Shown here piece by piece: positions 24,102 through 35,466 of a stretch of 45,001 nt of DNA. The DNA lies in assembly GCA_000934665.2 (NCBI GenBank), contig JYFJ02003210.1:1-45001 (forward strand), given 5' to 3'. This DNA comes from Catajapyx aquilonaris. Lineage: Eukaryota. Position numbers and translations under genes: made by a program. Under the pieces are notes generated by a model. That model saw only the letters and a list, made by a program, of their open reading frames with translations, searched no databases and was not told the DNA's origin. Each line of letters starts with the position of its first letter. The first letter of the stretch is position 1.

Positions 24102-26325
24102 CTATTCCTCCTGTACCACATTTCCCTTCTCAGAGACATAGAGGCCATCCAAAAATTTTCGAATGTCCTTGTTGTGGACGGTTGTTGACTGCTGGATAAG
24201 GGCAGCTGTCAAATAGAATGGTCATTTTAGTCATCATTTCATGCTGCCAGCTCTTAGCAGGCTAGATAAATGGAGTAAAACTTCTATAAGTCGAACTTCC
24301 TTAAGTTGAAGAAAATGATGAGCTTGGTTTGTCACAATGTAAATTAATAGGAAATAAACTTCCCTAGCTCGAATTTCTATAACTCGAAGTGCATGCAGGG
24401 ACTTACAATGGGATATCAATGTATTTTCAGTCTCCCAAAGTCCAAGTTCATGTTGGCGAGTACAGAAAATTTTCTCATTTCCCAGCCGAAGGGTCGAGGG
24501 TAGTCACATATATAGAAAGGGTCAATTTCCTGATCTCCGTCTACCAGACGTACCGAAAGAAGTGTTTGACTCGATTGTGAAAATTGAATCCTTGAATCTA
24601 AGAGTAGGCAAAATGTTCACAATGGAATTTTTTTTACAACAAAACAATGAGGAACATTGTAAGTGTGATAGTGATAGTTATTTTTAAGTTTTGAACACCC
24701 TTCGTCGCTGGATATAAAGGTAGGCTTCCGTATCGAGTTCTATGCTTTAAAAAAATCCAAACTTCTCTAACTCGAATCTTCTACAACTCGCAAGTTTTTT
24801 TCCGGTCCCATGGAGATTCGACTTATAGAAGTTTTACTGTAAAATAAAACCACCAGACCATTCCTTGCACGACATTTCTTAGGCTGTGAGGCATCAAAAG
24901 GAACCAATTGAATGGCCCAATAGAACAGGGGCCCATGCCCATGGTGAAAAAAGGGTGGGGGGGGGGGGGGGCAGAAGTTAATTTTTAATTCCTGAACTAT
25001 TTGATGTATTAGAATTATTTATTGGAAATATGCCTTAAAGGGCCACACCAACACATTTTTATTTTGGCACATCAATGCGGTGCACTGGTTAGCTTTTATT
25101 CCATATTTTTAACCTTGGACTGGGCCCTAACAAAAGGCAGTCAGTATATCGGAGGTGAGTGATACATTAGCAGATATTAGCACATAATAAGGTTTATGGT
25201 GAACAGTTTACCTCAAATAGTTTAGGAAATTAATTTCTCCATCACCATCCCTTTTTGAACCCTGGACATGGGCCCTTGTTTTACTGGTCCATTCCATTGC
25301 TCTTCCAATGTGAAGTGTGCCCCACCATAAGTGACTCAAATGTATCAACTGTGTGACAAAATGCTTCCTGCATGCACAAAGATATGTGCAATACACTGCA
25401 TATACGGACACCTTCACCCCTGCTATCAATTTTGTTAAAAATTTTGTTAACCCTGGAACCGCGACGTGCTTGAAAGTTACGGCAACTGTGACATGGGGTC
25501 TTTTAGGACCCCATCCATATTTTTATTAATTTTTATATAATACTTTCCAATGTATTGAGTATATGCAATAATTCTTTGAAAAATGCCTAAAATGATCGCT
25601 AATTCAAAATAAACATGCACTTCCTGTTATACCCTTTCTTTAAATGGCAAATCATTTTAATTCCTTTGGGGTCCTAAAAGACCCCACGTCAGGGTTCCAG
25701 GGTTAAAAAGAAAAGGCGACAACCATGATCCAGCGCTCACTGAGCATGCGCCGATGAATGATAAGTTTTCATCCGCCATTTACCTGATCGTGAGACATCC
25801 TCAATGGAGTTTCCCTCAAGGATGAGCTCGTCCTTCTGCTTGGTCGAGTTCTGAACCGTCACCCCAGGCGCCATCTTGATTTGGCGCACATACTTCTCCC
25901 CGAGGAAGTTACGCACCTCCAGAATGCTGTTGCTTTCCGTCGTCACACAGTTGATTGGGAAATGGGCATACACAGCACGCATCTTGTACTGGAAACCTGC
26001 GCATTAAAAAAACAAACAACAAAACTATTGGTGAGATGGCTGCATCAAACGACTGGTGCTGTGCAATGTTACCTTTGGTGACTCCCAGGATCATGTTCTC
26101 AATGTGCGAGCAGACGGTCCTGACGGCAGCGATCTCCTTCCTGCCTCCAAACCACTTCTCCACCTTGAGGGTCTTCTTGTCGTCCACCCGGATGTCCATG
26201 GAGAGGTGGCGGAAGGAGCGGGTCAGCGTTCCCCTGGGCCCCTTCACCATCACCTTCCTCTGCCGGGCCTTCACCGTCACCCCCTCGGGAACCTTCACCG
26301 TCTGCGACACCAGAATCTGCTTCAT
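24102..26325 (-). CDS. RPL9: 60S ribosomal protein L9 (uL6), 189 aa
   Basis: Exons 26325-26073, 25996-25784 and 24205-24102 (570 nt): [51 protein letters not shown]. Non-coding exon 1 at ~26498-26452; AATAAA at 24088-24083. Confidence 0.97.
24273..24839. mobile_element. pogo/Tigger-like MITE in the RpL9 intron
   Basis: agtaaaacttctataagtcgaa ... ttcgacttatagaagttttactg|TA; internal ttctataactcgaa-like repeats. Confidence 0.75.
25451..25702. mobile_element. piggyBac-like MITE in the RpL9 intron
   Basis: TTAA|ccctggaaccgcgacgtg ... cacgtcagggttccaggg|TTAA; subterminal ggggtcttttaggacccc inverted pair. Confidence 0.85.
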
Positions 26326-26451
26326 CTGGAGGGGAATCCAAAGAGGAATGTGTTTCAGTGGGTTTCAGCCGTGGTGGGTGGGTGTGCCCCCCCTGGCCGG
26401 CTGTGTTTACTGTGCACACGGGGAGATCAGGTCCGCCGCCTTCTTCCTTAC

Positions 26452-26580
26452 CTCGACCGAGTTGATCTCCTCTCTCTGGCTTCCCTCTCAAATAAAGGCC
26501 GAATTCCCCCGACTCGACAACGACCACGCCAAATTGCAGGCTGGGCCTAACCGCAATATGGCCGACGGATGTGACGTATC
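26452..26580 (-). promoter_or_regulatory. RpL9 promoter and short first exon with a TCT-like start
   Basis: gcCTTTATTT pyrimidine start at ~26498; donor GAG|gtaagg at 26452/26451; CRE-like gtgacgta upstream. Confidence 0.55.
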
Positions 26581-26695
26581 CAACTCGCCCATGTGGAATA
26601 AATAGCACAGCTGCTGCTTGCCTCCCCCACTGTTAAAGCTGCTACAATAATTCGCTGCTACTTGAAATACAGCAGCGCTATATGCTCAGATCTGC

Positions 26696-26915
26696 TGCCG
26701 TCAGATATGAGAAGACCGTAACTCAATGTCCACTTCCCCTTACGGCGATAAAAAAAAGGAGTGGTACCAAAAGCACCCAACAGGTGGAGTTGGGATGCCG
26801 TTCCTTTTCCCCCCCTTCCCCCAACGCCACCTCTTGGATGCTTTCGGTAACACTTGCTTTCTTTTCTCGCCGCAAGCGAAGTGGATAGAGTTACGGTCCT
26901 CTCGCATCTGACGGC
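26696..26915. mobile_element. MITE remnant, same family as 32282-32394
   Basis: gccgtcagatatgagaagaccgtaactc ... gagttacggtcctctcgcatctgacggc inverted arms. Confidence 0.7.
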
Positions 26916-27267
26916 TGGGGTCACCTCCATTATTTTGAGCAGGTAAATGCAACGAGAGTAGTCTTTGAATTCAATTTCAACAGCAGTGGTTTATTTTAAA
27001 CACAGGAAGGGAGCGAGTGAGTGCATAAATGAATGACCAGGTGGCTTTCGGACTGGATCTTCTGTACACACCTCTTGACTGGTAGGGTGGTGACAAGCCA
27101 CCTGCCTCTGGTGCTAGTGTTTGCCTACGTAGTTCTCCTCCCACTCCCTCCCCACCCTGCTGCCCATCCAACCTCAGCATACAACAGGACCATTCGAGTT
27201 TTGTCCTGCAACTACTACATACAGCTCTTGGCGCAAGAGACCTCATTATTATTATTTTTCATCGTTA

Positions 27268-29313
27268 TTACTTCTTTGGAGACACAGGCTTGAACGCAAT
27301 CTTACGACTCTTGATCACCGACCACTTGTGCCTCTTCGCGTAGTATGACAGGGCAATTAGACCAGAGAAGATCATCAATGCCTGCAAGTAGACAAAAGGT
27401 ACCATCACATCATTTTCTCATTTGATTCGGCCCTTCCCAAGCATTCAACTAACAAGAAGCATCAGGTTCAAAACTGGAGCCATCAATTTTCCACTAGAGT
27501 TACATAATTTACGGCCACTTCACCAACAACACCCCAAGTCACTGGGCAGCAATTTTGTTACTCGAGCGTGTATCATGCCAGCTGAGTACAACTTGCCTTG
27601 AGTGCCATCCTCTTGCGCTCATCGTACTCTGGTTCCGCTGCCCACTTGAGGAAGGTGCAGACATCTTTTGCCAGCTGTGAGGCGGTGGCAGGGGTGCCAT
27701 CTGAGTACTCCATCAACTTTTGGGCAAGAGGAGGAAAATTAGCATCTGCATCAAACACAATACAGTCGAGTCTGCTTGCATTACACCCTGGATTGATAAG
27801 AAAATCGAGGACTGACAGTAATTTCAAAATACTGCCATGTAAAATTTTCTCACCATGGAGTAACACTACCAGGTTTCACGGTTTTAACCTGTACCAGACT
27901 GGAAGCACTTACCTCATTGTACAGGGCCTGTGCCATGCTGATGGCTCCACCAGCAAAGTATGGGTTGTAGTACTGGCCTTCTCTGAGCTGAATTCCAGCG
28001 GGAGCATCGCAATAGCCAGTGAGGAGCGAAAAGATGTAATCCTCGCCGCCATGTCTTGCGGAGGTAATATAACTGAGGTCAGGGGGGAAGGCCCCGTTGT
28101 TGGCAGCTCTTGCAGCTTCCTCGTTCGCGTAGGGACTGGGGAAGTAGTCGGACAGTTTTCCTGGACGCATGAACATGTTGCCATTTTCATCTGGTCCATC
28201 CTGCACCTGCACCTCCTCTGCCTCAGCCTTGGCTTCCACCTCCGTGTGGGACACCCCAATCAGATTGCGGTAGGCAATAAACCGCATGCTGTGACACGCA
28301 GCACACACCTGCTTGTACACTTCATACCCACGACGAACGCTGCAAAGAGGTTGGAATGAAATTATTGACACTATTCTGCTTAATTATGTGCCAGACACGG
28401 ACTTGTAACAAATCAATTGTAACTCATGCAGAGTCAGATGACAACACATAAAAAATAACACTCGACCCTTTTATGAACATCATCTAAATTTTACACCTTT
28501 CAGAAATCACTGGCCGGAAATTGACGCACATCATCTCTCTGCTACTCCTACCTACTAAAGAACTAAACCAACCAACATACCCACCTAGCATGGTCAAGGG
28601 ATTGGAAGTACCCGTTGTGGCTCCAAGGGAACTTTGGTGTGTGCAACTCCAGGTCTCCGGCACTTACTGAGCACTCCAGGGCACAGGCGACGCCTAGGGC
28701 ACCACCAGACAGAACACCCAAGGTTCCCAGGACCTGAAATCAAGTAGAATAATGCTAAGAATTGGGGAAAGTGCAGAAGAGAGGCACCAAAGACGATGGT
28801 ACTCACCACTTTCCGCGACCTGGACATGTGGCGAAGCATCCCAAATGCCGACTGGAAAGAAAAGGCACAAATTATGAAAACATTCCTTGAAGTGAAATTC
28901 ACACTTTCAGATGCATGAAAATTGAAGGTAACTGGAACGTTGAAAGAGGCACGCAGGGGTAAACATGCAGTTAATTAAATGAACCACCCCAGGGAATTCA
29001 GGTGCTCTGCTGTTGGGAGTTGGCCAGCTAACCGAACATGCCGAACATATAGAATTTACCCACCATTGTTGTAAATTACACCAGCTGCTGCTGCTGTCCT
29101 GGAGTAACAATTAATTATTATTTCCGAATGATGTTCCGAGAGGATCGGAGGGGCAGGGGAAGCGGCCCGCGCTGTTTGTGCCCTCTTTGTCTGTCCGCCT
29201 GGCCGGGTCTGGGGCAGTGGGTCGGACGGAGTTGAGGTGACCGTGAGCGGGGGGACCTACAGCTGCTGGGAAGATGAGGAGCCGATCCTGCCCCTGGAAC
29301 AGACGGCGGCCAT
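27268..29313 (-). CDS. CYC1: Cytochrome c1, mitochondrial complex III, ~323 aa
   Basis: Exons 29313-29261, 29098-29064, 28931-28903, 28851-28807, 28733-28585, 28339-27913, 27716-27597 and 27381-27268 (972 nt). Contains [16 protein letters not shown] (heme CxxCH), PPDLS, YYNPYF, GTPAT and KRHKWS. The two smallest presequence exons are inferred from phase. Confidence 0.95.
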
Positions 29314-29389
29314 CTTGCTTGACCGGAGAAGGAGGGAGGGGGGAGGGGAGAGGTTGAGGGGTGGGAGTGGGGAGGTCCAAGGAAGGAAG

Positions 29390-29545
29390 AAAGAGACCAA
29401 TCAAGTGACGGAACTGGTGCAATCTGACCAATCCAAGACAAGGCTGGACGTGGCACATGCGTAGAAATCCAAGCACGTATAAACAGTGTGGAGAGGAGGA
29501 GGAGGAGGTGGGGGAAGGAGGGGGGAGAACCGGAAATGACGTAAT
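29390..29545. promoter_or_regulatory. CYC1 proximal promoter, possibly bidirectional
   Basis: Two gaccaatc CCAAT boxes, an ETS-CRE-like composite ccggaaatgacgtaa, and a YY1-like aagatggccgcc over the ATG. Confidence 0.5.
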
Positions 29546-30532
29546 AACACAGCAGCTTATGTAATAGCTATTGTAAGCTGATATGAATATATTAAATCGA
29601 ATGTAGCTTCAAGAAGTAGCAGTTGCAACATTTGAATTGACATGAATATGGAAATGGGCTGCCCCCAAACCCTGTTCCCGTCCTGCAGTACAGAGCCCTT
29701 TGCTGCCCAATAAATTGGAAGATATATGCAGTGCAACCCTGTCATTATTATTGTTCGATCGGTTCCCTAGGCCACACACACCTATTTGTTATTATCCTCC
29801 CCAGACTTATTATGGTGCAGGTAGGGTGATGATTAATTTATACACCACATCCTTCTGCTGCAGCATCAGGCCAAGAGGTATGACCAGGAGGGAGTGAATA
29901 GCACCAAGGGCCAATAGTACATTTATTGCTGCACTCCTGATAAACAACCAAGGTCCACTGCTGGAAGAGGACTGGGAATCAGATCAATCGCTGTAATTTA
30001 CTCGCAAAAGGTACGTACTGTTTAATATACACATTGAATGCAGGAAGCCATTGCAGGCTTAGCTGCCACATGGGCTGCATTGTGGTATTAGATGTTTACT
30101 TCTTTGCACCTACACAAACACAAATTAATGTGGCATTATTGTATCAGGGTTTCCTGTTTTATTCTCATGCACATATGGTCAAGAAAAATCCTTTTCAATG
30201 TCCCTTATTGCAACTATTGCAGAAGGAGCATACAAAAATGACTAGTCAGAAAATACTGACATGTCATGACAGTCTGAAAAACTAGAGTGACCTTTTCAGG
30301 ATCTACAAAGTAACTTTGTCTCTATGATGAACTAAGATTAGGGAGAACGGTTTAGAAGCCTTGCTGCTTTGCTAGAATCAAACTCAAAATGTGGCCATGC
30401 ATTTCATGTCAAATCGTATCCCTCCCAAGTATTTTCCCACTCACCGCAAAGCCTACATGAGTCTGTTGTCAATGACGGACCTACATTATTTTGACTGGAT
30501 TCTGCCTTTTCCTCTAGGGCCAGTGGTCAGGC

Positions 30533-31375
30533 ATGGATGGGAAACAATTTAAAATCGCCAGACCACGCATGATCTGGGACCAACCCAAACCACCAGGCTG
30601 GAGTAAACCATGGAAACGGACCGTTTCCAGCACACCCATTGCCCCTCCCACCAATGCTTCACAAGTTAAGCCGATGTTAGTGCACAGAATCAATGCTAAG
30701 GAAGAGGCAGGCATTGGCGTGACGTTAGGAGTTACCACAAGGCCACCCCCCCGAGTGCCTGATGATGATGAAAGCAAAGAGAGCCAAGCCTTTGCTACGC
30801 AGCTCAGCAACATGTTGATAATCACCGGGGAGGCCGGTGAAGCTGGCAGTACAGGTGACTTCCAATCTCATTCAGCATCCGACTCCACCATCAGTGCTGA
30901 CAGTGGGACCTGCAAAAGACTACCCATCCGCAGCTCTGTGATGCAAGTACCAGTCACACAACGGATGGTCAGGCGCAAGTGGAACAGGCATGGTGAGCAC
31001 CAGTGCTACATAGGCATCCTCTTGGCTCTGGCAGATGGGAAGCTAATCCAGGGAAGGGCCAACATGAAGCAGAAAGATGGGGGTGACCCACAGCTGTGCA
31101 GATCTCCATGGCTGGACTTGCCAGAGATCTTTGCCCATATTGCATCATCACCATTGTCCAAAGACAAACCAACCAAGAAGTTGCTGATCGACATGAACCA
31201 CGGGCTGGAAATCACCCACAAAGATGGTCTAGTGAAATGCCACCATGACCCAAAGGGAAAATCTCTCTACGCCCTCACCAAAATAGGACAGGAAGAAGCG
31301 CAGCTGCTGATGGGTCAACCACCCAAGAAAACCTCTACCACTCAGGCTGGCAAGCTCGCTCAGTTCCGCGTATAA
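30533..31375 (+). CDS. Uncharacterised 280-aa protein with a probable C-terminal winged-helix domain
   Basis: Long intact ORF after the acceptor ctgccttttcctctag (30517); C-terminus YIGILLAL..GLVKCHHDPKGKSLYALTKIGQEEAQLL. The N-terminus may extend into upstream exons. Confidence 0.6.
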   Translation: MDGKQFKIARPRMIWDQPKPPGWSKPWKRTVSSTPIAPPTNASQVKPMLVHRINAKEEAGIGVTLGVTTRPPPRVPDDDESKESQAFATQLSNMLIITGEAGEAGSTGDFQSHSASDSTISADSGTCKRLPIRSSVMQVPVTQRMVRRKWNRHGEHQCYIGILLALADGKLIQGRANMKQKDGGDPQLCRSPWLDLPEIFAHIASSPLSKDKPTKKLLIDMNHGLEITHKDGLVKCHHDPKGKSLYALTKIGQEEAQLLMGQPPKKTSTTQAGKLAQFRV

Positions 31376-32281
31376 TGATCAGGATCAATGGAGCAGCGAG
31401 TGGCTTCCTTTCCATCTCGCCAGCCCATCTCGCCTGGAAACTGTCTGTGGGATGAAGGCAATACATTTATCACTGTGTGAACACTATTCGTTAGAATGTG
31501 CCCTATCCTAGGTGTCCCATGACCAATCACAAATCCAGGGCAAGTGGTTGGCCCATGCCATTTATGCAGAACTAACCACTTGTTCACTAGGTCATAGATT
31601 TTAAAACATATTTTATGACGGCATTAAAAATGAATTAATCAGATCCACTATATTTATTTGACATTAGACCATGAGCTACACTCCGGTAATGCCAGGTGAA
31701 GGGGAGAGTCGGTAAGAATTGGAGTCGGGTAGGGGTGGCAGATAAACCATGTAAATTAGTACTCCACTCGATTCAAGCAGCCCATCAATTTATTGAAATA
31801 TGGCAGCAAGGAAGAAATTCTGATGGCCAAACCGGAGTGATTTTCCCACAAATTATTGCAATTTCTGTGTGGACACTTTTCTACCTACTGCAGTAGAAAG
31901 AAAATCGAACATTTTAAACCATAAACAGGTACGTATTAATTTATTCAGAAAAAGTGACATTACAATTTTTGCACAAAAAATGGATGTTACGTTGAAGTCC
32001 CTATTTCAGCAAATTCAGACACCGCCTGATATTAATGGCACCCATGACCCATCCAATATCAACATTCATGTAGGAGTCCAAGTGCACATCAAGGACACTT
32101 GGAGCAACTCACCAGGAGCATGGCACGGTCTCAGGCCTCTATCTGCAGGACACAAAAGGAAGGGTCAAGCAAAAATGCAAAAGGCACCATCAACCTTGAG
32201 CTTTTAAACACGCAGATGGAACAAACATACAGCCCCCCCCCTCCGTGACCCAGACTCCCAAATTCTACAATCCCTTTGCTA

Positions 32282-32394
32282 CAGCCCTGCCGTCAGATGC
32301 AAGAAGACCATAGCTCAAAAACTAGTAACGGTGCAAGTCTTTCACCCATACTAGTTTTTGCGTTACAGTCTTCCTGCATCTGACGGCAGAGCTG
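32282..32394. mobile_element. 113-bp hairpin MITE with TA TSD
   Basis: TA|cagccctgccgtcagatgcaagaagac ... gtcttcctgcatctgacggcagagctg|TA. Confidence 0.85.
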
Positions 32395-32565
32395 TAATAA
32401 TTGCACATTCTCAATCACCCCTGTTTAAACAATGACAGTTTTAGCCAGCTGCCCTTAGCATGAAAATAACTCTAAGACCAAAATAAAGCACTCTCTCCTA
32501 CCACAACTCCATTGAAAAATAAGATCCCTCTTATGGTTTCTGACATGACATAGTCCAGCAAGTGA

Positions 32566-32647
32566 TGGCTCAGCAAAGTAATATTCCGGTAAAAGGGGTT
32601 ATAATCATTCATTTGATCATCCGGGCGAGGGTTTTGCATCACAGCCA
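32566..32647 (-). ncRNA. Box C/D snoRNA, target unrecognised, copy 1
   Basis: tggct-GTGATGC-aaaaccctcgcccgg-ATGA..TGAATGA..CTGA-gcca; terminal stem; paralogue at 33908-33991. Confidence 0.75.
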
Positions 32648-33510
32648 GTGCACAGAATATGTCAATACTACCCAACAATCACCTGGGTCATTTAGAGAAG
32701 TGTCGCAACAGCGTGCCTGGTCACTTCCACAGGGATCACAATAATGTAGGTAAAGCTACCGAGTGACAGCCAATAGCTTGCCACTATCATTCATTATCAA
32801 TTGTCAATAAATATGCAAATAAACAAATGACCCAAAAATTTCAATCCTCCTAATACAGGTAGTACCCGTTTTACGCCGGAAATTGGTTCCAGCAAAATGA
32901 TGTGCTTAGTGAAAAGGCATAAAACGAGACAAAATTATAATGAAAATGACATAGGTTCCAAGATTTCCAAAAAATTTCCCTCAGACAGTACTTAAATTGC
33001 TGTTTTAAATGCTTACTATTTGAAACATTTATTATGCACATTTTATGGGAGGTTCCAGGTTGAGGGTCATTGGGTACTGAGGCCTCTTTTCCCAAGAACT
33101 GCAGTAGACAATGACATTTAACAAATTTCAGGGAGTCCGGAGACCAACAATACGGTACTGTACTTATCGATAGACCCAGTCACAAGGCACCACGATATGG
33201 CCGTGTCTTCGGACTCTGCAGTCTTGCATGACGTGTTTATGTTCAGATTGTATTATCTTCACAATTTTTCAATTTTAAAAAGTCCTTTTCAAAGCGTTAA
33301 TGTGGAACTGCGTGAAATGGGCACTTCCTGTATCTATTCGGGCCTAGTTACCTCAATTCCATCAGTAGATGAGGTCCATTTCTCCTGCATCACTTCCTAA
33401 GATAAGAGAGAATCCAGGTGTAAATAACAGCCATATATGTCTACACAGGTAATCAGATTAATTAAATTCCCAGTCTAATGTTACAGGCATAGAATGACTT
33501 CATTTTAAGA

Positions 33511-33577
33511 TGCCTCAGAGGTTGTGTTATCTCCAACTTATACCTCAGAGATATGCTTGTTTTCACCGTCACAGGCA
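33511..33577 (-). ncRNA. SNORD27: Box C/D snoRNA U27 homologue (18S Am27 guide)
   Basis: tgcct-GTGACGG..ACAAGCATATct-CTGA..CTGA-ggca. The guide is complementary to 18S AUAUGCUUGU, in the same D'+5 register as U27. The C box is degenerate. Confidence 0.8.
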
Positions 33578-33587
33578 GAAAATGGAT

Positions 33588-33651
33588 AATTGAAGGGTGC
33601 AGTGCAAGAGGGGGCATGAGTCATGCCCCTCTTGCACTGCCCCCTTCAATT
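33588..33651. repeat. Near-perfect 64-bp palindrome
   Basis: aattgaagggtgcagtgcaagagggggcatga-g-tcatgcccctcttgcactgcccccttcaatt. Confidence 0.85.
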
Positions 33652-33907
33652 AACTAATTAACCAGATGTAGGGCCTAGTTACATAAAACTTTACTTAAAA
33701 TGATGTTCACCAAACATTCATCGAGTTACTTTGAGTAATTAAAACTCTGTTCTTCCTCACCTTTACACCCCAGTATTTGGTTGGATGAGAAGGCTGCAAG
33801 TTGTCATGATCATCAGTTCACATGGGAAGTCTCATACCTGATGGAATATGAGAAAGGTGGGTAGATACATACACATAAGGTTAAAAAATTCACCCTGAAC
33901 ACATGTG

Positions 33908-33991
33908 GTGGCTCAGCAAAAAATTGTTTCCGGTAAAAGGGATATAATCATCCATTTGATCATCCGGGCGAGGGTTTTGCATCACGGCCAC
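33908..33991 (-). ncRNA. Box C/D snoRNA, target unrecognised, copy 2
   Basis: gtggcc-GTGATGC-aaaaccctcgcccgg-ATGA..TGGATGA..CTGA-gccac; about 70 nt upstream of the acceptor at 33838. Confidence 0.75.
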
Positions 33992-34308
33992 TTATCCATA
34001 GAAATAGATTCAACTCCATACTACTTGTATCCTAGTATTTTGCACTACTGGGTCAACCAAAATCCTTCCAGAAAATACTTTAAACTCGGCACCCACTACT
34101 TTTCAACACCCAAGATCTCACAGTAGCCACTAAGAAATTACACCCTGCAAGATTTGTATCGTCAGAAAAACCACTCACCATGCATGCATCAGGCCAACAG
34201 GCTGGAAATTCCTTCAGCCTGCAAAACCAAACAAGTAGCTGAGTGGCAAAAAATCAACTGAGAAAACAATAATTATGTTCACTAGGAAGGACTGAAGGCC
34301 AGTTAAGT

Positions 34309-34389
34309 GGAAGCTCAGGCAATAGGGACGATCGTATATCTTCATCGTTAACTCCAAGCGAGCTGGGTATTTTTGTCATCACTGCTTCC
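34309..34389 (-). ncRNA. SNORD29: Box C/D snoRNA U29 homologue (28S guide), copy 1
   Basis: ggaagca-GTGATGA..ACCCAGCTCGCt-TGGA..CGATGA..tccctattgc-CTGA-gcttcc. The guide pairs with 28S GUGAGCUGGGU (D'+5 on the A), and tccctatt pairs with the adjacent AAUAGGGA. Confidence 0.8.
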
Positions 34390-34576
34390 AACTGCCCCCT
34401 GCCTCGAAGTGAATGTCAAGACACCCGAAGCCTTACCTGATATGACCGTCCCGGAAGTGCTCCATTTTCCTCCACACTCGCAGATGTCCACCAGAAACAT
34501 CTGAAAAGCACAATTATGTTTGGTTTTCCTTCATCTGACTTGTCAAGCATACGAGCAATAAGAGTCAAGAGAGGTA

Positions 34577-34642
34577 GCAGTCTCAGATAAACCTTTCTTC
34601 AACTATAATCAGACTGGGGCGGTAACTCTCATCACAGACTGC
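34577..34642 (-). ncRNA. SNORD31: Box C/D snoRNA U31 homologue (28S Gm guide)
   Basis: gcagtct-GTGATGA-gagt-TACCGCCCCAGT-CTGA..CTGA-gactgc. The guide is complementary to 28S ACUGGGGCGGUA and matches the U31 guide as I recall it. Confidence 0.92.
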
Positions 34643-34960
34643 ACCTCTGCTTCACCAAACACTGCTCATAGCTTTTACATTAGTGGATTTTTTTGTTTTG
34701 TTTGGCTACACTGGGCCAGGCAAAATGTAATGCTGAGAAATTTATGTTGCGCCTTTTCTTGTCCCGGGGAAATTACTTGAAAGTGACTTACCTATATTAC
34801 CAAATTCCTGGCCAACTCATGAAGGAGCATGTCCTCTACCACCGTGATGGAAAACCACTTTTCATCATATCGTTGCGAGCACCTGAAAGGTTCCAGTGCA
34901 TAATAAGTAGACTACCAATGGCGACATGCAACATTCATAGATGTATGCATCTGGAATGAA

Positions 34961-35031
34961 CTGTCTCAGATATTCAGCAGTCAGTCACAAGGGATATGCC
35001 AGGGATAACTTATTTTCAGCATCATGGACAG
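34961..35031 (-). ncRNA. SNORD1: Box C/D snoRNA snR38/SNORD1 homologue
   Basis: ctgtcc-ATGATGC..AGTTATCCCTGg-CATA (degenerate D')..GTGACTGA..CTGA-gacag. The guide is complementary to 28S CAGGGAUAACU. Confidence 0.75.
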
Positions 35032-35211
35032 ACTTCCAGAAGTAAAGCAAAGTCCATGCATATCGCAAATTTGGTCTCACCTGACCCTGAAATGGTCCTC
35101 TTGTTCAGCTGACCCAAAGTGAAGCTCCAGGTGCTCTTCCTGTCAATAAAAAATGCAATGTTGGAGAAATGTAAGTATTACTTCACAGCACCTCGGCTCA
35201 TCCCATATGTA

Positions 35212-35422
35212 CTCCCACGAGCATAACGATGGAGACGGCAGGCCCTTTTTTGACCTTGCTTTATGCGACTCAAATTAATGAACTCTTTTTGGACCGAGTT
35301 AGCTGCTTCAGTCGTGTCTTCGTGTATTTATGTCAGTATATTTGATACCGTAATAGCTGCAATTGGCAGAGCAGCCTGCCGAAGGTGAAGGCTTGCCGTC
35401 TCCATCTTTATGCTCGCGGGTG
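35212..35422. mobile_element. Tc1/mariner-type MITE with TA TSD
   Basis: TA|ctcccacgagcataacgatggagacggca ... tgccgtctccatctttatgctcgcgggtg|TA. The empty site (catatgtacaataa) is present in the duplicate at ~39112-39125. Confidence 0.9.
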
Positions 35423-35466
35423 TACAATAATTGGCTTCAGAAGATTTGCAATCTAAATTTGTTTCA

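Noticed and set aside
24206..25783. snoRNA in the long RpL9 intron
   Set aside because: No convincing C/D pair on the minus strand; H/ACA RNAs cannot be called by eye
32472..32678. Duplicated peptide AVMQNPRPDDQM as a coding exon
   Set aside because: Conservation is bounded by C/D boxes and a stem, and indels break the frame between copies
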